Shown piece after piece: positions 1-9,554 of a stretch of DNA of 64,000 nucleotides. The position numbers and the translations under genes were made by a program. The stretch is from Candidatus Delongbacteria bacterium (lineage in GTDB: Bacteria > CAIWAD01): assembly GCA_963663545.1 (NCBI GenBank), contig OY760505.1:3296001-3360000 (forward strand), in the 5' to 3' direction. Positions within the stretch are counted from its first letter, which is position 1, and each line of letters starts with the position of its first letter. The notes beneath the pieces are model-generated. The model did not search any database, was not told the DNA's origin, and saw nothing but the letters and a program-made list of their open reading frames with translations.

Positions 1-2192
1 CCAAAAAGAAAACCACCACTGCACCGGTAGCGGCGGCTGCCGCAGCGGCGCCCGCCGGTGGCAACGGCGTGAAAAAGGAGGGCGACAACGGCGGCGATCT
101 GATTCGCATTCCGGTGGCGCTGCTCAATCAGCTGATGACCTTGGCCGGCGAGCTGGTGCTGGTGCGCAATCAGCAACTGCTGCACGTCAACCGCGACGAC
201 GCCGTCGCCCGTGGCATTGCCCAGCGCCTGGATCTGGTCACCACCGAGCTGCAGGAAATGATCATGCGCACGCGCATGCAGCCGGTGGGCAACATATTTG
301 GAAAGGTGCCGCGCATCATTCGCGACCTCAGCCGCAAATTGAACAAGAAGATCGAGTTGCAGATCACCGGCAACGAGGTGGAGCTGGACAAGACGATTCT
401 GGAATCGCTCACCGACCCGCTGACGCACCTGGTGCGCAACTGCTGCGATCACGCCATTGAGGTTCCCGCCGAGCGTCGCGCTGCTGGCAAACCCGAAACC
501 GGCCTGGTGCGCCTGGACGCTTTCCACGAGGGCGGGCAGATCAACATCCTCATTCGCGACGACGGCAAGGGCCTGGACACCGAGGTGCTCAAAGCCAAAG
601 CACTGGAGCGCGAGCTCTTCAGCGAGGCCGAGTTGGAGGCCATGAGCGAGCGCGAACTACAGAATCTGATCACCCTGCCAGGCTTCTCGACCGCCAAGGA
701 AGTCAGCGATGTTTCGGGCCGCGGCGTGGGCATGGATGTAGTACGCGCCAGCCTGGAGAAGCTGGGCGGCACGCTGGAAATCCAGTCGGAGCTGGGACAG
801 GGCACCACCATGCACCTGCGCTTGCCATTGACTCTGGCCATCATTCCCTGTCTGGTGGTGGTGGTGCAGGGCGAGCGCTACGCTATTCCGCAGGTCAACC
901 TGGAAGAGCTGGTGCGCCTCTACGACGACGATGTGCGCACTACCATAGAATGCGCCGACGGTCAGGAGGTCTACCGCCTGCGCGACCGGCTTCTGCCGAT
1001 GGTGCGGCTGGGCGAAGTGCTGGAGCGCGCCTATACCTTCGATGCCACCGTTAGCGCCAACATTGCGCAGAAATACCGCCAGCAGCAGACGGAACGAACG
1101 CCGGGCACGCACCAGGCGTTGAGCTTCGCCGTGGTCAAGGTGGGCGATCGTCGCTTTGGGTTGATCGTCGACGAGGTGCTGGGCACCGAGGAAATCGTCG
1201 TCAAGCCCATGCACGGCATCCTGAAGAGCCTGAGCATCTACAGCGGAGCCACGGTCTTGGGCGACGGGCGCGTGGCGCTGATCCTCGATATCGAGGGCGT
1301 TGCCACTCATGCGGGCATCGACCAGCAGAGTTCGGAGGATGCCCAGGCCAGCGAACTGCGCCACTGGCAGGATGTGCAGACGGTGCTGCTGTTCAAGTCC
1401 GGTGGTGCCGAGCAGTACGCGGTGGCGCTGCCGCTGGTGAAGCGCATCGAGCGCATTCCGCTTTCCGCCATTGAGCAGGTGGCCAATCGCGAATTCATCA
1501 CCATCGACGACATGTCCACGCTGATCATGCGCCTGGATCAAGTGCTGCCGGTGACGAGTCAGATCGAGGGCAATGAGGCCTATCTGCTGTTGCCCAAACA
1601 CTCGCCCAGACCCTTCGGCATTCTGGTGAACCAAATCGTCGACATCGTCGAGACTCCGCTGGAGCTTAACGTGGACAGCTATCAGGAAGAAGGCCTGCTG
1701 GGCACCGCCATCGTGCGCGATCACATGACCCTCTTCCTGGACCTCTTTGCGCTGATCGAGCGCTTCCAGCCGGACTGGTTCGGCGAGCATTCGGGTGTGA
1801 AGCGCGACCAGAAGGTGTTGCTAGTGGAGGACACCAGCTTCTTCCGGCAGCTGGTACGCAGCTATCTGGAAGGCCTGGGCTTTGATGTGGAAACGGCCCA
1901 GGATGGAGTGGAAGGCTTGGCGCGTCTGGACCAGGGGCGCTACGATCTGGTGGTCAGCGATCTGGAAATGCCGCGCATGGACGGCTGGGAGTTTGTGCGT
2001 CAGTTGCGCGGACGCGACGAGCTGGCGCAGCTGCCGGTGATCGCCCTGACGGCGCTGGATTCGGAAACCGATCGCGAACAGGCCTTTGCCGCAGGATTTG
2101 ACGGCTACGAAGTCAAGCTGGACCGTGAGCGTCTGCTGACCTGCATTCAGCAGCACCTGGCGCATCCGCATCAACTGGGAGAGCGCGCATGA
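1..2192 (+). CDS. cheA: Chemotaxis histidine kinase CheA, 5'-truncated by the window (dimerisation, HATPase, two CheW-like domains, C-terminal receiver)
   Basis: Motifs LTHLVRNCCDHAIE, DDGKG and GFSTAKEVSDVSGRGVGMDVV; C-terminal REC (LLVEDT...SDLEMPRMDG). The frame is open upstream of 69, so the Hpt domain lies outside the window. Confidence 0.95.
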   Translation, partial: KKKTTTAPVAAAAAAAPAGGNGVKKEGDNGGDLIRIPVALLNQLMTLAGELVLVRNQQLLHVNRDDAVARGIAQRLDLVTTELQEMIMRTRMQPVGNIFGKVPRIIRDLSRKLNKKIELQITGNEVELDKTILESLTDPLTHLVRNCCDHAIEVPAERRAAGKPETGLVRLDAFHEGGQINILIRDDGKGLDTEVLKAKALERELFSEAELEAMSERELQNLITLPGFSTAKEVSDVSGRGVGMDVVRASLEKLGGTLEIQSELGQGTTMHLRLPLTLAIIPCLVVVVQGERYAIPQVNLEELVRLYDDDVRTTIECADGQEVYRLRDRLLPMVRLGEVLERAYTFDATVSANIAQKYRQQQTERTPGTHQALSFAVVKVGDRRFGLIVDEVLGTEEIVVKPMHGILKSLSIYSGATVLGDGRVALILDIEGVATHAGIDQQSSEDAQASELRHWQDVQTVLLFKSGGAEQYAVALPLVKRIERIPLSAIEQVANREFITIDDMSTLIMRLDQVLPVTSQIEGNEAYLLLPKHSPRPFGILVNQIVDIVETPLELNVDSYQEEGLLGTAIVRDHMTLFLDLFALIERFQPDWFGEHSGVKRDQKVLLVEDTSFFRQLVRSYLEGLGFDVETAQDGVEGLARLDQGRYDLVVSDLEMPRMDGWEFVRQLRGRDELAQLPVIALTALDSETDREQAFAAGFDGYEVKLDRERLLTCIQQHLAHPHQLGERA

Positions 2193-2707
2193 GCAAGCAA
2201 GTCATCAAGAGCGGGCCCAAGCGCAAAGAGGAGGGGCACCCCAGTGCGGCACAGCGGCAGTTCTGCTCTTTCCGTCTGGCGGGCCGTCTCTACGGCGTGG
2301 ACATTCTGGATGTGAAAGAGATCAACCCCGAGAATACCTTCACGCCCATTTATCACGCTCCCGAAGAAGTGCGCGGCTACGTGAACATTCGCGGCCAGAT
2401 CAATCTCGTGCTGGACCTGCGGCGTCTGCTGGGCTTTGAGCCGCACCAGGCGGACCAGGACAGCCGCATTGTGCTCTTCAAACCGCACGTGGGCGAGAAC
2501 TTCGGTGTGCTGGTGGACCAGGTGGGCGATGTGGTCAGCGTGAGCGAGGATCGCATCGAGGACCGCCGCGCCGACAGCCAGGGTGCTCCCGAGGGCCGCG
2601 AACGTCGCAATGAGCTACGCGCCGCCCGTGGCGTCTGCAAGCTGGAGCAAGAGCTGCTGGTGATCCTGGACGCACGGGTGTTTCTAACAACAATCAAGAC
2701 AAATTAG
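2189..2707 (+). CDS. cheW: CheW coupling protein
   Basis: FCSFRLAGRLYGVDILDVKEI...GYVNIRGQINLVLDL; ATGA overlap with cheA. Confidence 0.93.
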   Translation: MSKQVIKSGPKRKEEGHPSAAQRQFCSFRLAGRLYGVDILDVKEINPENTFTPIYHAPEEVRGYVNIRGQINLVLDLRRLLGFEPHQADQDSRIVLFKPHVGENFGVLVDQVGDVVSVSEDRIEDRRADSQGAPEGRERRNELRAARGVCKLEQELLVILDARVFLTTIKTN

Positions 2708-2730
2708 CGATACAGAAAAGGGGAATCCCG

Positions 2731-5028
2731 ATGAATATGCGCAACCTTCCTATTGAGCGATTGATCCTGGGCACGCTGATTTTCGCCCTGGCTCTGATGC
2801 TCGTATTGATGTTGTTGGGTGTGCAAGGCGTCAGCAAAGTGGCCGATTACGCCGATCAGGCCGTCGATCGCTACCGCCTGGAGCGCACCATGATTCAGGC
2901 TGAAGTGGGGCACCTGGAGGCCAGCGAAATCGTCGCCGACGCCCTGCTCGAGGGCAAAGCGCGCCGCGTGCAAGTGGCCGCCGATGGTCGCGTTTGCAGC
3001 TTCGGCACCTGGCTGGCCAGCGAGGAGCGCCATCACTACGCTACGGCTTATCCCGCTTTGGCACCGCTGTTCACGCAGATTGAAGCGCCACATCTGGAGT
3101 ATCACGAATTGCTTGGTGAAGTAGGCGAGCTGATCGAGGCGGGCAAGTTTGCCGAAGCGACTCACATGATGGAAGCCGAGGTTCTGCCAGCGCGCGAAGC
3201 GGTGATCCACGGCCTGGGCGGCATTATCGAAAAGGCCACCGAAACCATGATGACCGGCAAGCACATGCTGGAGTTGGCCGATGCTCGCAAGCGCAATGTG
3301 ATGATTCTGGGAATCGTGGCGCTGGCCATCGGCATTGGGCTCATTGTCATCACTCTGCGTGAGTTCCGCAGCAGTCTGCGTGCGCTGATCAAGCTGGTTG
3401 GCCGCGAGGTGGAGCTGGTCACAGTGGGCCGACTGCGCGAAAAGGTGGACGCCAGTGGCATCAACGTGCAGCTGCGGCCCATTATCGATGCGGTGAACAA
3501 GGTGATCTCGCTATTGGTGGGGCATATCGACGATATTCCCACACCGGTAATGATTGTTGATCGCGAGTTCAACGTGCAATTCCTCAACAAGGCGGGCGTT
3601 GACGTAGGCAGCCTGAGCATGGACCAGGCCCATCGCATGAAGTGCTTCGACGTTTTCAAGACCAGCGATTGCCGCACGGCCAACTGTGCCTGTGCGCGCG
3701 CCATGAACACGCGCCAGACGGCGGCCAGCGAGACCGATGCCCATCCGGGTAACCTGAATCTTGAGATCAAGTACACCGGCACACCGGTGACCAACGACGA
3801 TGGTGAAGTGGTGGCCGCCCTCGAAATCGTGGTGGATCAGACCGAGATCAAGCTCGCGCAGCGGCGCATGGAGAAGGTGGCCAAGTACCAGGACGGCGAG
3901 GTGGAGAAGCTCTCCGACAGCCTGCGTCGCGTGGCCGACGGCGATCTGACCACACACTATGCCACCGCCGCTTCGGACAAGGATACGGACCAGGTGGCGC
4001 AGAGCTTCAACGGCATTTCGGTGGCACTCAACCAGACGGTCAAGAACCTGGCTGGCATGATGAAGACCATCCAGGCCAACACCCGCGTGCTCTCCGCCAG
4101 CAGCGAAGAGCTTTCCGCGACTTCGCGGCAGCTGGTTGCTGGCAGCGAGGAGATGACGGCACAAAGCGCCAACGTGGCCAGCGCCACCGAGCAGGTGAGC
4201 ACCAACATCAACGCCATGGCCACCGTCGCCGAAGAGATGAGCATGAACGTGCAGACGGTGTCGGCCAACGCCGAGCAGATGTCGACGAACATGAACGCGG
4301 TGGCGGGAGCCATTGAAGAGATGACTGTTTCCATCGGTGGCATCGCCGACAGCAGCCGCGAGGGCTCACGCATTGCGTCTCAGGCCATGGATCTGGCCAA
4401 AGGCGCGACGACCACTATGAACACGCTGGGCGAGGCGGCGCGCGCCATCGGTCAGGTCACGGAAGTCATCAAGCGCATCGCCGAGCAGACCAACCTGCTG
4501 GCGCTGAATGCGACCATCGAGGCCGCCAGCGCGGGCGAAGCGGGCAAGGGCTTTGCCGTGGTCGCCAATGAGATCAAGGAGCTGGCCAACCAGAGCGCCC
4601 AGGCGGCGGAAGACATCGCCAAGCGCATCGAGGGTGTGCAGCAGAATACGGGCGACGCCGTGCAGGTAATCGCCGATGTCAGCCAGATCATCGCCTCCAT
4701 CAACGAGTCCGTTGACGGTATCAGCCGCAGCGTGGACGAGCAGACCAAGGCGGCCAACGAGATTTCTTCCAACGTCGCGGAAGCCAACAGCGGTGCCAAC
4801 AACATTGCCAAGGCCATCGGCGAAGCGGCCAAGGGGGCCAACGACATGTCGCGCAACGCCGGCGAGGCCGCGCGCGGAGCCAACGAAGTCTCGACCAACA
4901 TTCAGGGCGTCAGCCAGGCCAGTCGCGATGCCAACGCGGGCGCGCAGCAGGTCAATCAGGCGGCCACCGAGCTGGCCCGCATTTCGGGCGAGTTGGGCGA
5001 GATGATCGCGCGATTCAAAGTAGAGTAG
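2731..5028 (+). CDS. Methyl-accepting chemotaxis protein with CZB-like and Cys-rich PAS domains
   Basis: Two hydrophobic segments; CSFGTW...H..YH; PAS-like segment; signalling tip IAEQTNLLALNATIEAASAGEAGKGFAVVANEIKELA. Confidence 0.93.
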   Translation: MNMRNLPIERLILGTLIFALALMLVLMLLGVQGVSKVADYADQAVDRYRLERTMIQAEVGHLEASEIVADALLEGKARRVQVAADGRVCSFGTWLASEERHHYATAYPALAPLFTQIEAPHLEYHELLGEVGELIEAGKFAEATHMMEAEVLPAREAVIHGLGGIIEKATETMMTGKHMLELADARKRNVMILGIVALAIGIGLIVITLREFRSSLRALIKLVGREVELVTVGRLREKVDASGINVQLRPIIDAVNKVISLLVGHIDDIPTPVMIVDREFNVQFLNKAGVDVGSLSMDQAHRMKCFDVFKTSDCRTANCACARAMNTRQTAASETDAHPGNLNLEIKYTGTPVTNDDGEVVAALEIVVDQTEIKLAQRRMEKVAKYQDGEVEKLSDSLRRVADGDLTTHYATAASDKDTDQVAQSFNGISVALNQTVKNLAGMMKTIQANTRVLSASSEELSATSRQLVAGSEEMTAQSANVASATEQVSTNINAMATVAEEMSMNVQTVSANAEQMSTNMNAVAGAIEEMTVSIGGIADSSREGSRIASQAMDLAKGATTTMNTLGEAARAIGQVTEVIKRIAEQTNLLALNATIEAASAGEAGKGFAVVANEIKELANQSAQAAEDIAKRIEGVQQNTGDAVQVIADVSQIIASINESVDGISRSVDEQTKAANEISSNVAEANSGANNIAKAIGEAAKGANDMSRNAGEAARGANEVSTNIQGVSQASRDANAGAQQVNQAATELARISGELGEMIARFKVE

Positions 5029-5107
5029 ACATTCCTCTCCGGGTCCCGTCGGGTACCGGTCACCGAGATGGTGCCCGGCGGGGTTCCGGCGAGTGGAAAG
5101 GGAAACC

Positions 5108-6202
5108 ATGGCCAAGACCTTGCGCGTGCTCATCGTCGACGATTCCCGGGTGTTCCGGGGCATGGTGGAAGAAGCCCTTCGCGGCCAGCCCGATATCGAG
5201 ATTGTCGGTTCGGTCTACAATGGCGTGAAGGCGGTTGAGTTCATCCAGGAGCACGAAGTGGACGTGCTTACACTGGATGTGGAAATGCCGGAGATGGACG
5301 GCCTGCAGGTGCTGCGGGCCATCGGTCGTCTCAATCGCGAAGGCAAGCTGAAACACACTCCCGGCGCGGTCATGCTGAGTGCGCTGACCCGCAAGGGGGC
5401 CGATGCCACCATCGCCGCCCTCAGCCTGGGCGCCTTTGATTTCATCGAAAAGCCCGATTCGGAGATGAGCGCCAGCGATACGGTGGTCATTCTGCGCCGT
5501 CAGTTGCTGGTCAAATTGCGTTTCTACGCCAGCCGTCTGCTGGCCGGGCAGCGCACTTTCGGCAGCGAGGCGGTGGTGATTCCACGCAACGAGCCCACCG
5601 CAGCTCTACTGAGCAAAGGCGTGCAGGCGATTCTGATCGGCGTCTCCACCGGCGGCCCGCGTGCGTTGACGGCGATGATGCCCGACCTTTGCCAGCGGAC
5701 CGATCTGCCCATTCTGATCGTGCAGCACATGCCCGCCACTTTCACCGCCAGCTTGGCGCACAGCTTGGATCAGATCTGTCGGCACACGGTAATGGAGGGC
5801 GCACAGGGCATGCGCGTCGAGGCCAACCACGTCTACATTGCGCCGGGCGGGCATCACATGATTGTGCGCAAAGGCGGAATGGGGCCGATTCTGGAAATCA
5901 CCGATACACCGCCGATCAAGGGTTGTCGTCCTTCGGTGGACGAGCTCTTTCTGTCGGCGGTCAAGGTGTACGGAGCCAAGTGTTTGGCGATGATTTTAAC
6001 GGGCATGGGCAACGATGGCACCGACGGCGCCGAGAAGCTGAAAGCTGAAGGCGTTTGGGTCATGGTGCAGGACGAGGCCAGCAGCGTGGTCTGGGGCATG
6101 CCGGGAGCCGCCGTCAAGCGCGGCTGTGTCGATCAGGTCATGCCGCTGGCGGATTTACCACGAGGAGTTGAACTGGTTTTGCAGAGGGCAGGCAGGAGCT
6201 AA
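5108..6202 (+). CDS. cheB: Chemotaxis methylesterase CheB (REC + esterase)
   Basis: LIVDDS, LDVEMPEMDG, GVSTGGP, VQHMP, LTGMGNDG; start set at ATG 5108. Confidence 0.95.
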   Translation: MAKTLRVLIVDDSRVFRGMVEEALRGQPDIEIVGSVYNGVKAVEFIQEHEVDVLTLDVEMPEMDGLQVLRAIGRLNREGKLKHTPGAVMLSALTRKGADATIAALSLGAFDFIEKPDSEMSASDTVVILRRQLLVKLRFYASRLLAGQRTFGSEAVVIPRNEPTAALLSKGVQAILIGVSTGGPRALTAMMPDLCQRTDLPILIVQHMPATFTASLAHSLDQICRHTVMEGAQGMRVEANHVYIAPGGHHMIVRKGGMGPILEITDTPPIKGCRPSVDELFLSAVKVYGAKCLAMILTGMGNDGTDGAEKLKAEGVWVMVQDEASSVVWGMPGAAVKRGCVDQVMPLADLPRGVELVLQRAGRS

Positions 6203-6205
6203 CAC

Positions 6206-7069
6206 ATGGATATCACACCGACCGTATTCAAGCTGCTTACGGACTACATCTACGAGCAGGCCGGACTGGTGATCAGCGAAGAGAAGAAGTACTTGATTCC
6301 CCAACGGCTGGAACCCCTGGTGCGCGAACTCAACTGCCGCAGTTGGGAGGAGTTTTACAGCGTCATTCAAGCGCGCAACACTCCCGCACTGACCTCGCGC
6401 ATCATTGACGCCATGACCACCAACGAGACCAGCTTCTTTCGCGATGGGCATCCCTTTGAGGCGCTGCGCAGCCAGATTCTGCTGCAGCTGAGCCGGTTGG
6501 CGGTGGCGCGTGCGTCACGCGAAGTCGTGCGGCGCGGACCCAAACTGCGCATCTGGAGCGCGGCCTCGTCCACCGGGCAGGAAGCCTACAGCATGGCGAT
6601 GATGATCGACGAGCTGGTGCGCGGGCCGATGAATCCCGGCATTCAGCGCGAGGATTTCGAGATTCTGGCTACGGATATCTCCAGCCAGGTGCTGGCGCAG
6701 GCCATTCGTGGGCGCTACAACAAACTGGAGATTTCGCGCGGCATGCCCCAGGGCAGTCGTGAGCGCTACTTCCGGCAGGAGGGCGACAACTGGGTGCTGC
6801 GCGAGGACGTGCGCGGCATGGTGGAATTCCGCCAAATGAACCTGATGGGCAACCTGACGCAGTTGGGTGCTTTTGATCTGATTCTGGTGCGCAACGTGCT
6901 GATCTACTTTAATGATGAGACCAAGAAGCGCATCCTGAAGCAGATGCACGGCATGATGAACCGCGAGGGCATGCTGATGCTGGGCTCAACGGAGAGTATG
7001 TACGGTCTGGGCTTGCCGTTCAAAACGGAGACGGTGGGGGGTACTATGGTGTACCGTCCGGTGGTGTAA
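6206..7069 (+). CDS. cheR: Chemotaxis methyltransferase CheR
   Basis: TTNETSFFRD, IWSAASSTGQEAYS, ATDIS, RNVLIYF. Confidence 0.95.
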   Translation: MDITPTVFKLLTDYIYEQAGLVISEEKKYLIPQRLEPLVRELNCRSWEEFYSVIQARNTPALTSRIIDAMTTNETSFFRDGHPFEALRSQILLQLSRLAVARASREVVRRGPKLRIWSAASSTGQEAYSMAMMIDELVRGPMNPGIQREDFEILATDISSQVLAQAIRGRYNKLEISRGMPQGSRERYFRQEGDNWVLREDVRGMVEFRQMNLMGNLTQLGAFDLILVRNVLIYFNDETKKRILKQMHGMMNREGMLMLGSTESMYGLGLPFKTETVGGTMVYRPVV

Positions 7070-7102
7070 CGCGACACCCCATTCCCCCCGCGTATTTTCT
7101 TA

Positions 7103-7715
7103 ATCGCTATCGCTGCCGACCCTTCGGGTCGGATCGGTATCGGTATCGCTATCGGGATCCGACTTGGCTCCGCAAGTCGGCGGGATCGAGGCGCTGCCGC
7201 ATAGCCAACACTATGTAGCCTATGGACGAAGGCGTGCTACTTTTTAGAACGACGCCGACAGCAGAGTTCAATAGCACGACTTCGTCGAGGTCACGTGCGT
7301 AGCGCGTGACACGCCTGCGGCGGGCGAAGACAAGTTACTTTCTTTGTCGCGCCAAAGAAAGTAACAAAGAAAGCGCTCGGCCCCCGACCAGAGGACAGTT
7401 GACCGCTGGTCAACTGCCGCTGGCGGAGCGCGGCTGTGGCTGATATGTTTCGCTCATGTATTCACGCCTTCGGCGTTCATTCCTGCCCTTCGGGCATTTG
7501 CTGTGGGCTGGCTGTGGGGAAGGGTGGCTGCGTGGCTGAAGAGTCGGAAGCCGATTCTTCGTCTGCTCTTCGACAGGAATCGTTGAAGGCCAGGAGGAGA
7601 TTTCTCGCGAATTCGCAGCGCTGCAAATGCAGATGAATCCTGATGCGAGAATTCTCCGAGGTGTCCAGTGCGTAGCACTGGACACACGAGGTGCTGACCG
7701 CGCTGCGGTCAGCAC
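7103..7715. repeat. Mosaic array of hairpin modules, copy A (ATCG[G/C]T hexamers, modules X, Y, Z and GTGTCC hairpin)
   Basis: Segments shared with 26329-26740 and 29424-29682, with compensatory base changes in stems. Confidence 0.75.
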
Positions 7716-8137
7716 ACGCACTCAGTCAGGCGCAATCCGGCACCATAGAGCAGCGAGGCCTGCAGACGGAAGACACCCTCAAGGTTGTCCAGCAGCGACC
7801 GGACTTCCTGCCGTGAAAGCACAACCGGGATATGCTTTGATGGCTTGGCTTTCGTGAAGCTTGAGAACTCACCGATTTCGTGGTGTAGAACATTTCGGTA
7901 CAGGAAAACAATGGCGCAAAGGGCTTGGGTCTGAGTGGAAGGGGCCACGCATTGGTGGACGGCAAGATGGGATAGAAAGTCTTCTACAGCGCTTGGCTTC
8001 AGCTCACAGGGATGCTGAAGCTTATTGTATCTCAAGAAACTGAGGATCCAGTGCCAATAGACACGCTCGGTGCTTTCGCTAAGATGCTGCTTACGGCATG
8101 ATGCATGGAACAGGTCTCGCAGTCTTTGTCCTGTCAT
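7709..8137 (-). pseudogene. intI: Integron integrase, N-terminal fragment only
   Basis: HLSESTERVYWHWI, VEDFLSHLA..VAPSTQTQALCAIVFLY, IPVVLSRQEV and LLYGAGLRLTEC are IntI-typical. It stops just after the first catalytic Arg; the stop lies in hairpin 7691-7715. Confidence 0.9.
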
Positions 8138-8384
8138 GTTAACTCCACCCCGTTAAGTACGTAGCTGTTGTCAGGATAAGAGAGTAACAGGGGCCGCTCA
8201 CGGAGTTGGGCGCTCAGCTAACTAGTTCGATTTCGAGTGTCGGCCTTTCTTGACAAGGATGTGTTTTTCCTTGTTCTACCTATGCAGGATATGCGAACTT
8301 AGGTCCGTGCTTGGCTGGATACACAGGAATACAGCAATGCGAAGAGCGGACTTAACAGGACCCAGAGAAGTACGAGGCGGCGGG

Positions 8385-8415
8385 ATAACACGGTCCGTAG
8401 AATCAGATGTTAGCT
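8385..8415 (+). other. Putative attI site (core GTTAGCT at 8409-8415)
   Basis: GTTRRRY core upstream of divergent intI. GTTAGCTAGC is the exact complement of GCTAGCTAAC (9091-9100) at the end of cassette 1. Confidence 0.7.
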
Positions 8416-8495
8416 AGCACTGGCAAAAGCCGAGAAGAGATTCGGAAATCGTCCGTGGACGATGCGCAAACGTATACATAGCAAGGAGAAACGAA

Positions 8496-9086
8496 TTGTC
8501 TGCTGCTGATTTTAGTCACTTAATTCCACATCAACTCCGAATGAATGAATCAAGGTTTATGCTGTTTGTGGATGGAGAGGGCTTTACTGCAAGATACCAG
8601 AAGTTACGAGATGACGGAATTGCTAAAGAGCGTCCGGGCGAACTGTTTCATCGCGACACTGCATTTTGGCCAAGGCAATTCAGGGATATTGGTTCAAATC
8701 TTCGGATAAAGCTCATTAGACGACACTACTATACTTCTGCTCCTGGGGACGAAACAGATAGAGCTAAGATCGTTGATGACCTTAAGGCTATGAATATTGA
8801 GTCAGCTCAAGTATTCCATAGAAGCAAAAGTCGTGGGTCAAAAAGAGTTGACATTTCTCTTACGACAGACATGCTCATACATTCTTTCAGAAATGTCTAT
8901 GATGCTGCAATATTGGTGGCTGGAGATGAGGACTTTGTTCCAGTGATTGAGGCAATCAAAAACGCTGGTAAATACGTAGTCTTGTGGTTCTGGGATGAAA
9001 GTAATGGGCTAAGTCCTCATCTGAAGCGAGCTGCAGACTTTTACGCGGACATTTCGATTCCAGCTATTCGCAAGAGTTCAATGTGA
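8496..9086 (+). CDS. NYN/LabA (PIN-like) domain protein, integron cassette 1
   Basis: LFVDGEG, KRVDISLTTDM, ILVAGDEDFVPVI, LKRAADFY; AAGGAG RBS before the TTG; AT-rich. Confidence 0.85.
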   Translation: MSAADFSHLIPHQLRMNESRFMLFVDGEGFTARYQKLRDDGIAKERPGELFHRDTAFWPRQFRDIGSNLRIKLIRRHYYTSAPGDETDRAKIVDDLKAMNIESAQVFHRSKSRGSKRVDISLTTDMLIHSFRNVYDAAILVAGDEDFVPVIEAIKNAGKYVVLWFWDESNGLSPHLKRAADFYADISIPAIRKSSM

Positions 9087-9100
9087 AGCTGCTAGCTAAC

Positions 9101-9407
9101 ACTTATGAGGCCCCCATTGTCAATAGCACATAGGTGTTCCTTCCGATTTCCGGTTCTTTGATAGGAAGGCTAGATCACAATTCCGGCTTTATTTCACGGC
9201 CAGGCGCAGAGTGATTCCACAGCCAAACGCCTGTTCGCCAAGGCGAACAGGTTGTCGAAGCTTCAAAGCAAGCTTCGACCCTTGTACTAGCGAGGTACTG
9301 CTTCGCTTAACGCCCTAGAAACTCATTCGTACCCATATGCCGATCTATTCAAAGATACAGGCTCAGCGACAACTGTCCAGTTAGTCGGTGGACTTGGTTG
9401 TCGTGGA
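9101..9407 (-). ncRNA. Candidate bridge/seekRNA-encoding non-coding end of the IS1111 remnant
   Basis: Long hairpin-rich NCR downstream of tnp, where IS1111 elements encode their guide RNA; boundaries inferred. Confidence 0.5.
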
Positions 9408-9554
9408 TCAGGAAGCCAGAAAGGCCGCTGCGCTTGTGGGAATGTTTTGTTGCAAGCAGATTGTTCCCCGTTCATCCAACACGCATAGGTACATTGTTTT
9501 CGCATGCAGGTCAATTCCGCATGTGTGACGATGTTGGCCTTGATAGAATCTCAT
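9408..9554 (-). pseudogene. IS110/IS1111 transposase fragment (48 aa, not in the ORF track)
   Basis: Manual translation MRFYQGQHRHTCGIDLHAKTMYLCVLDERGTICLQQNIPTSAAAFLAS*. GIDLH is the DEDD RuvC-like N-terminal motif; AGGAGG RBS. Confidence 0.85.

Noticed and set aside
7431..7520. GGCTGTGG as a Chi-like motif
   Set aside because: Too few occurrences; needs genome-wide skew statistics
7103..7715. CRISPR array
   Set aside because: No regularly spaced identical repeats with unique spacers, and no cas genes
8160..8310. LexA box in the intI promoter
   Set aside because: Only mismatched candidates (CTGT-N8-TAAG, GAAC-N4-GTCC), and the lineage motif is unknown
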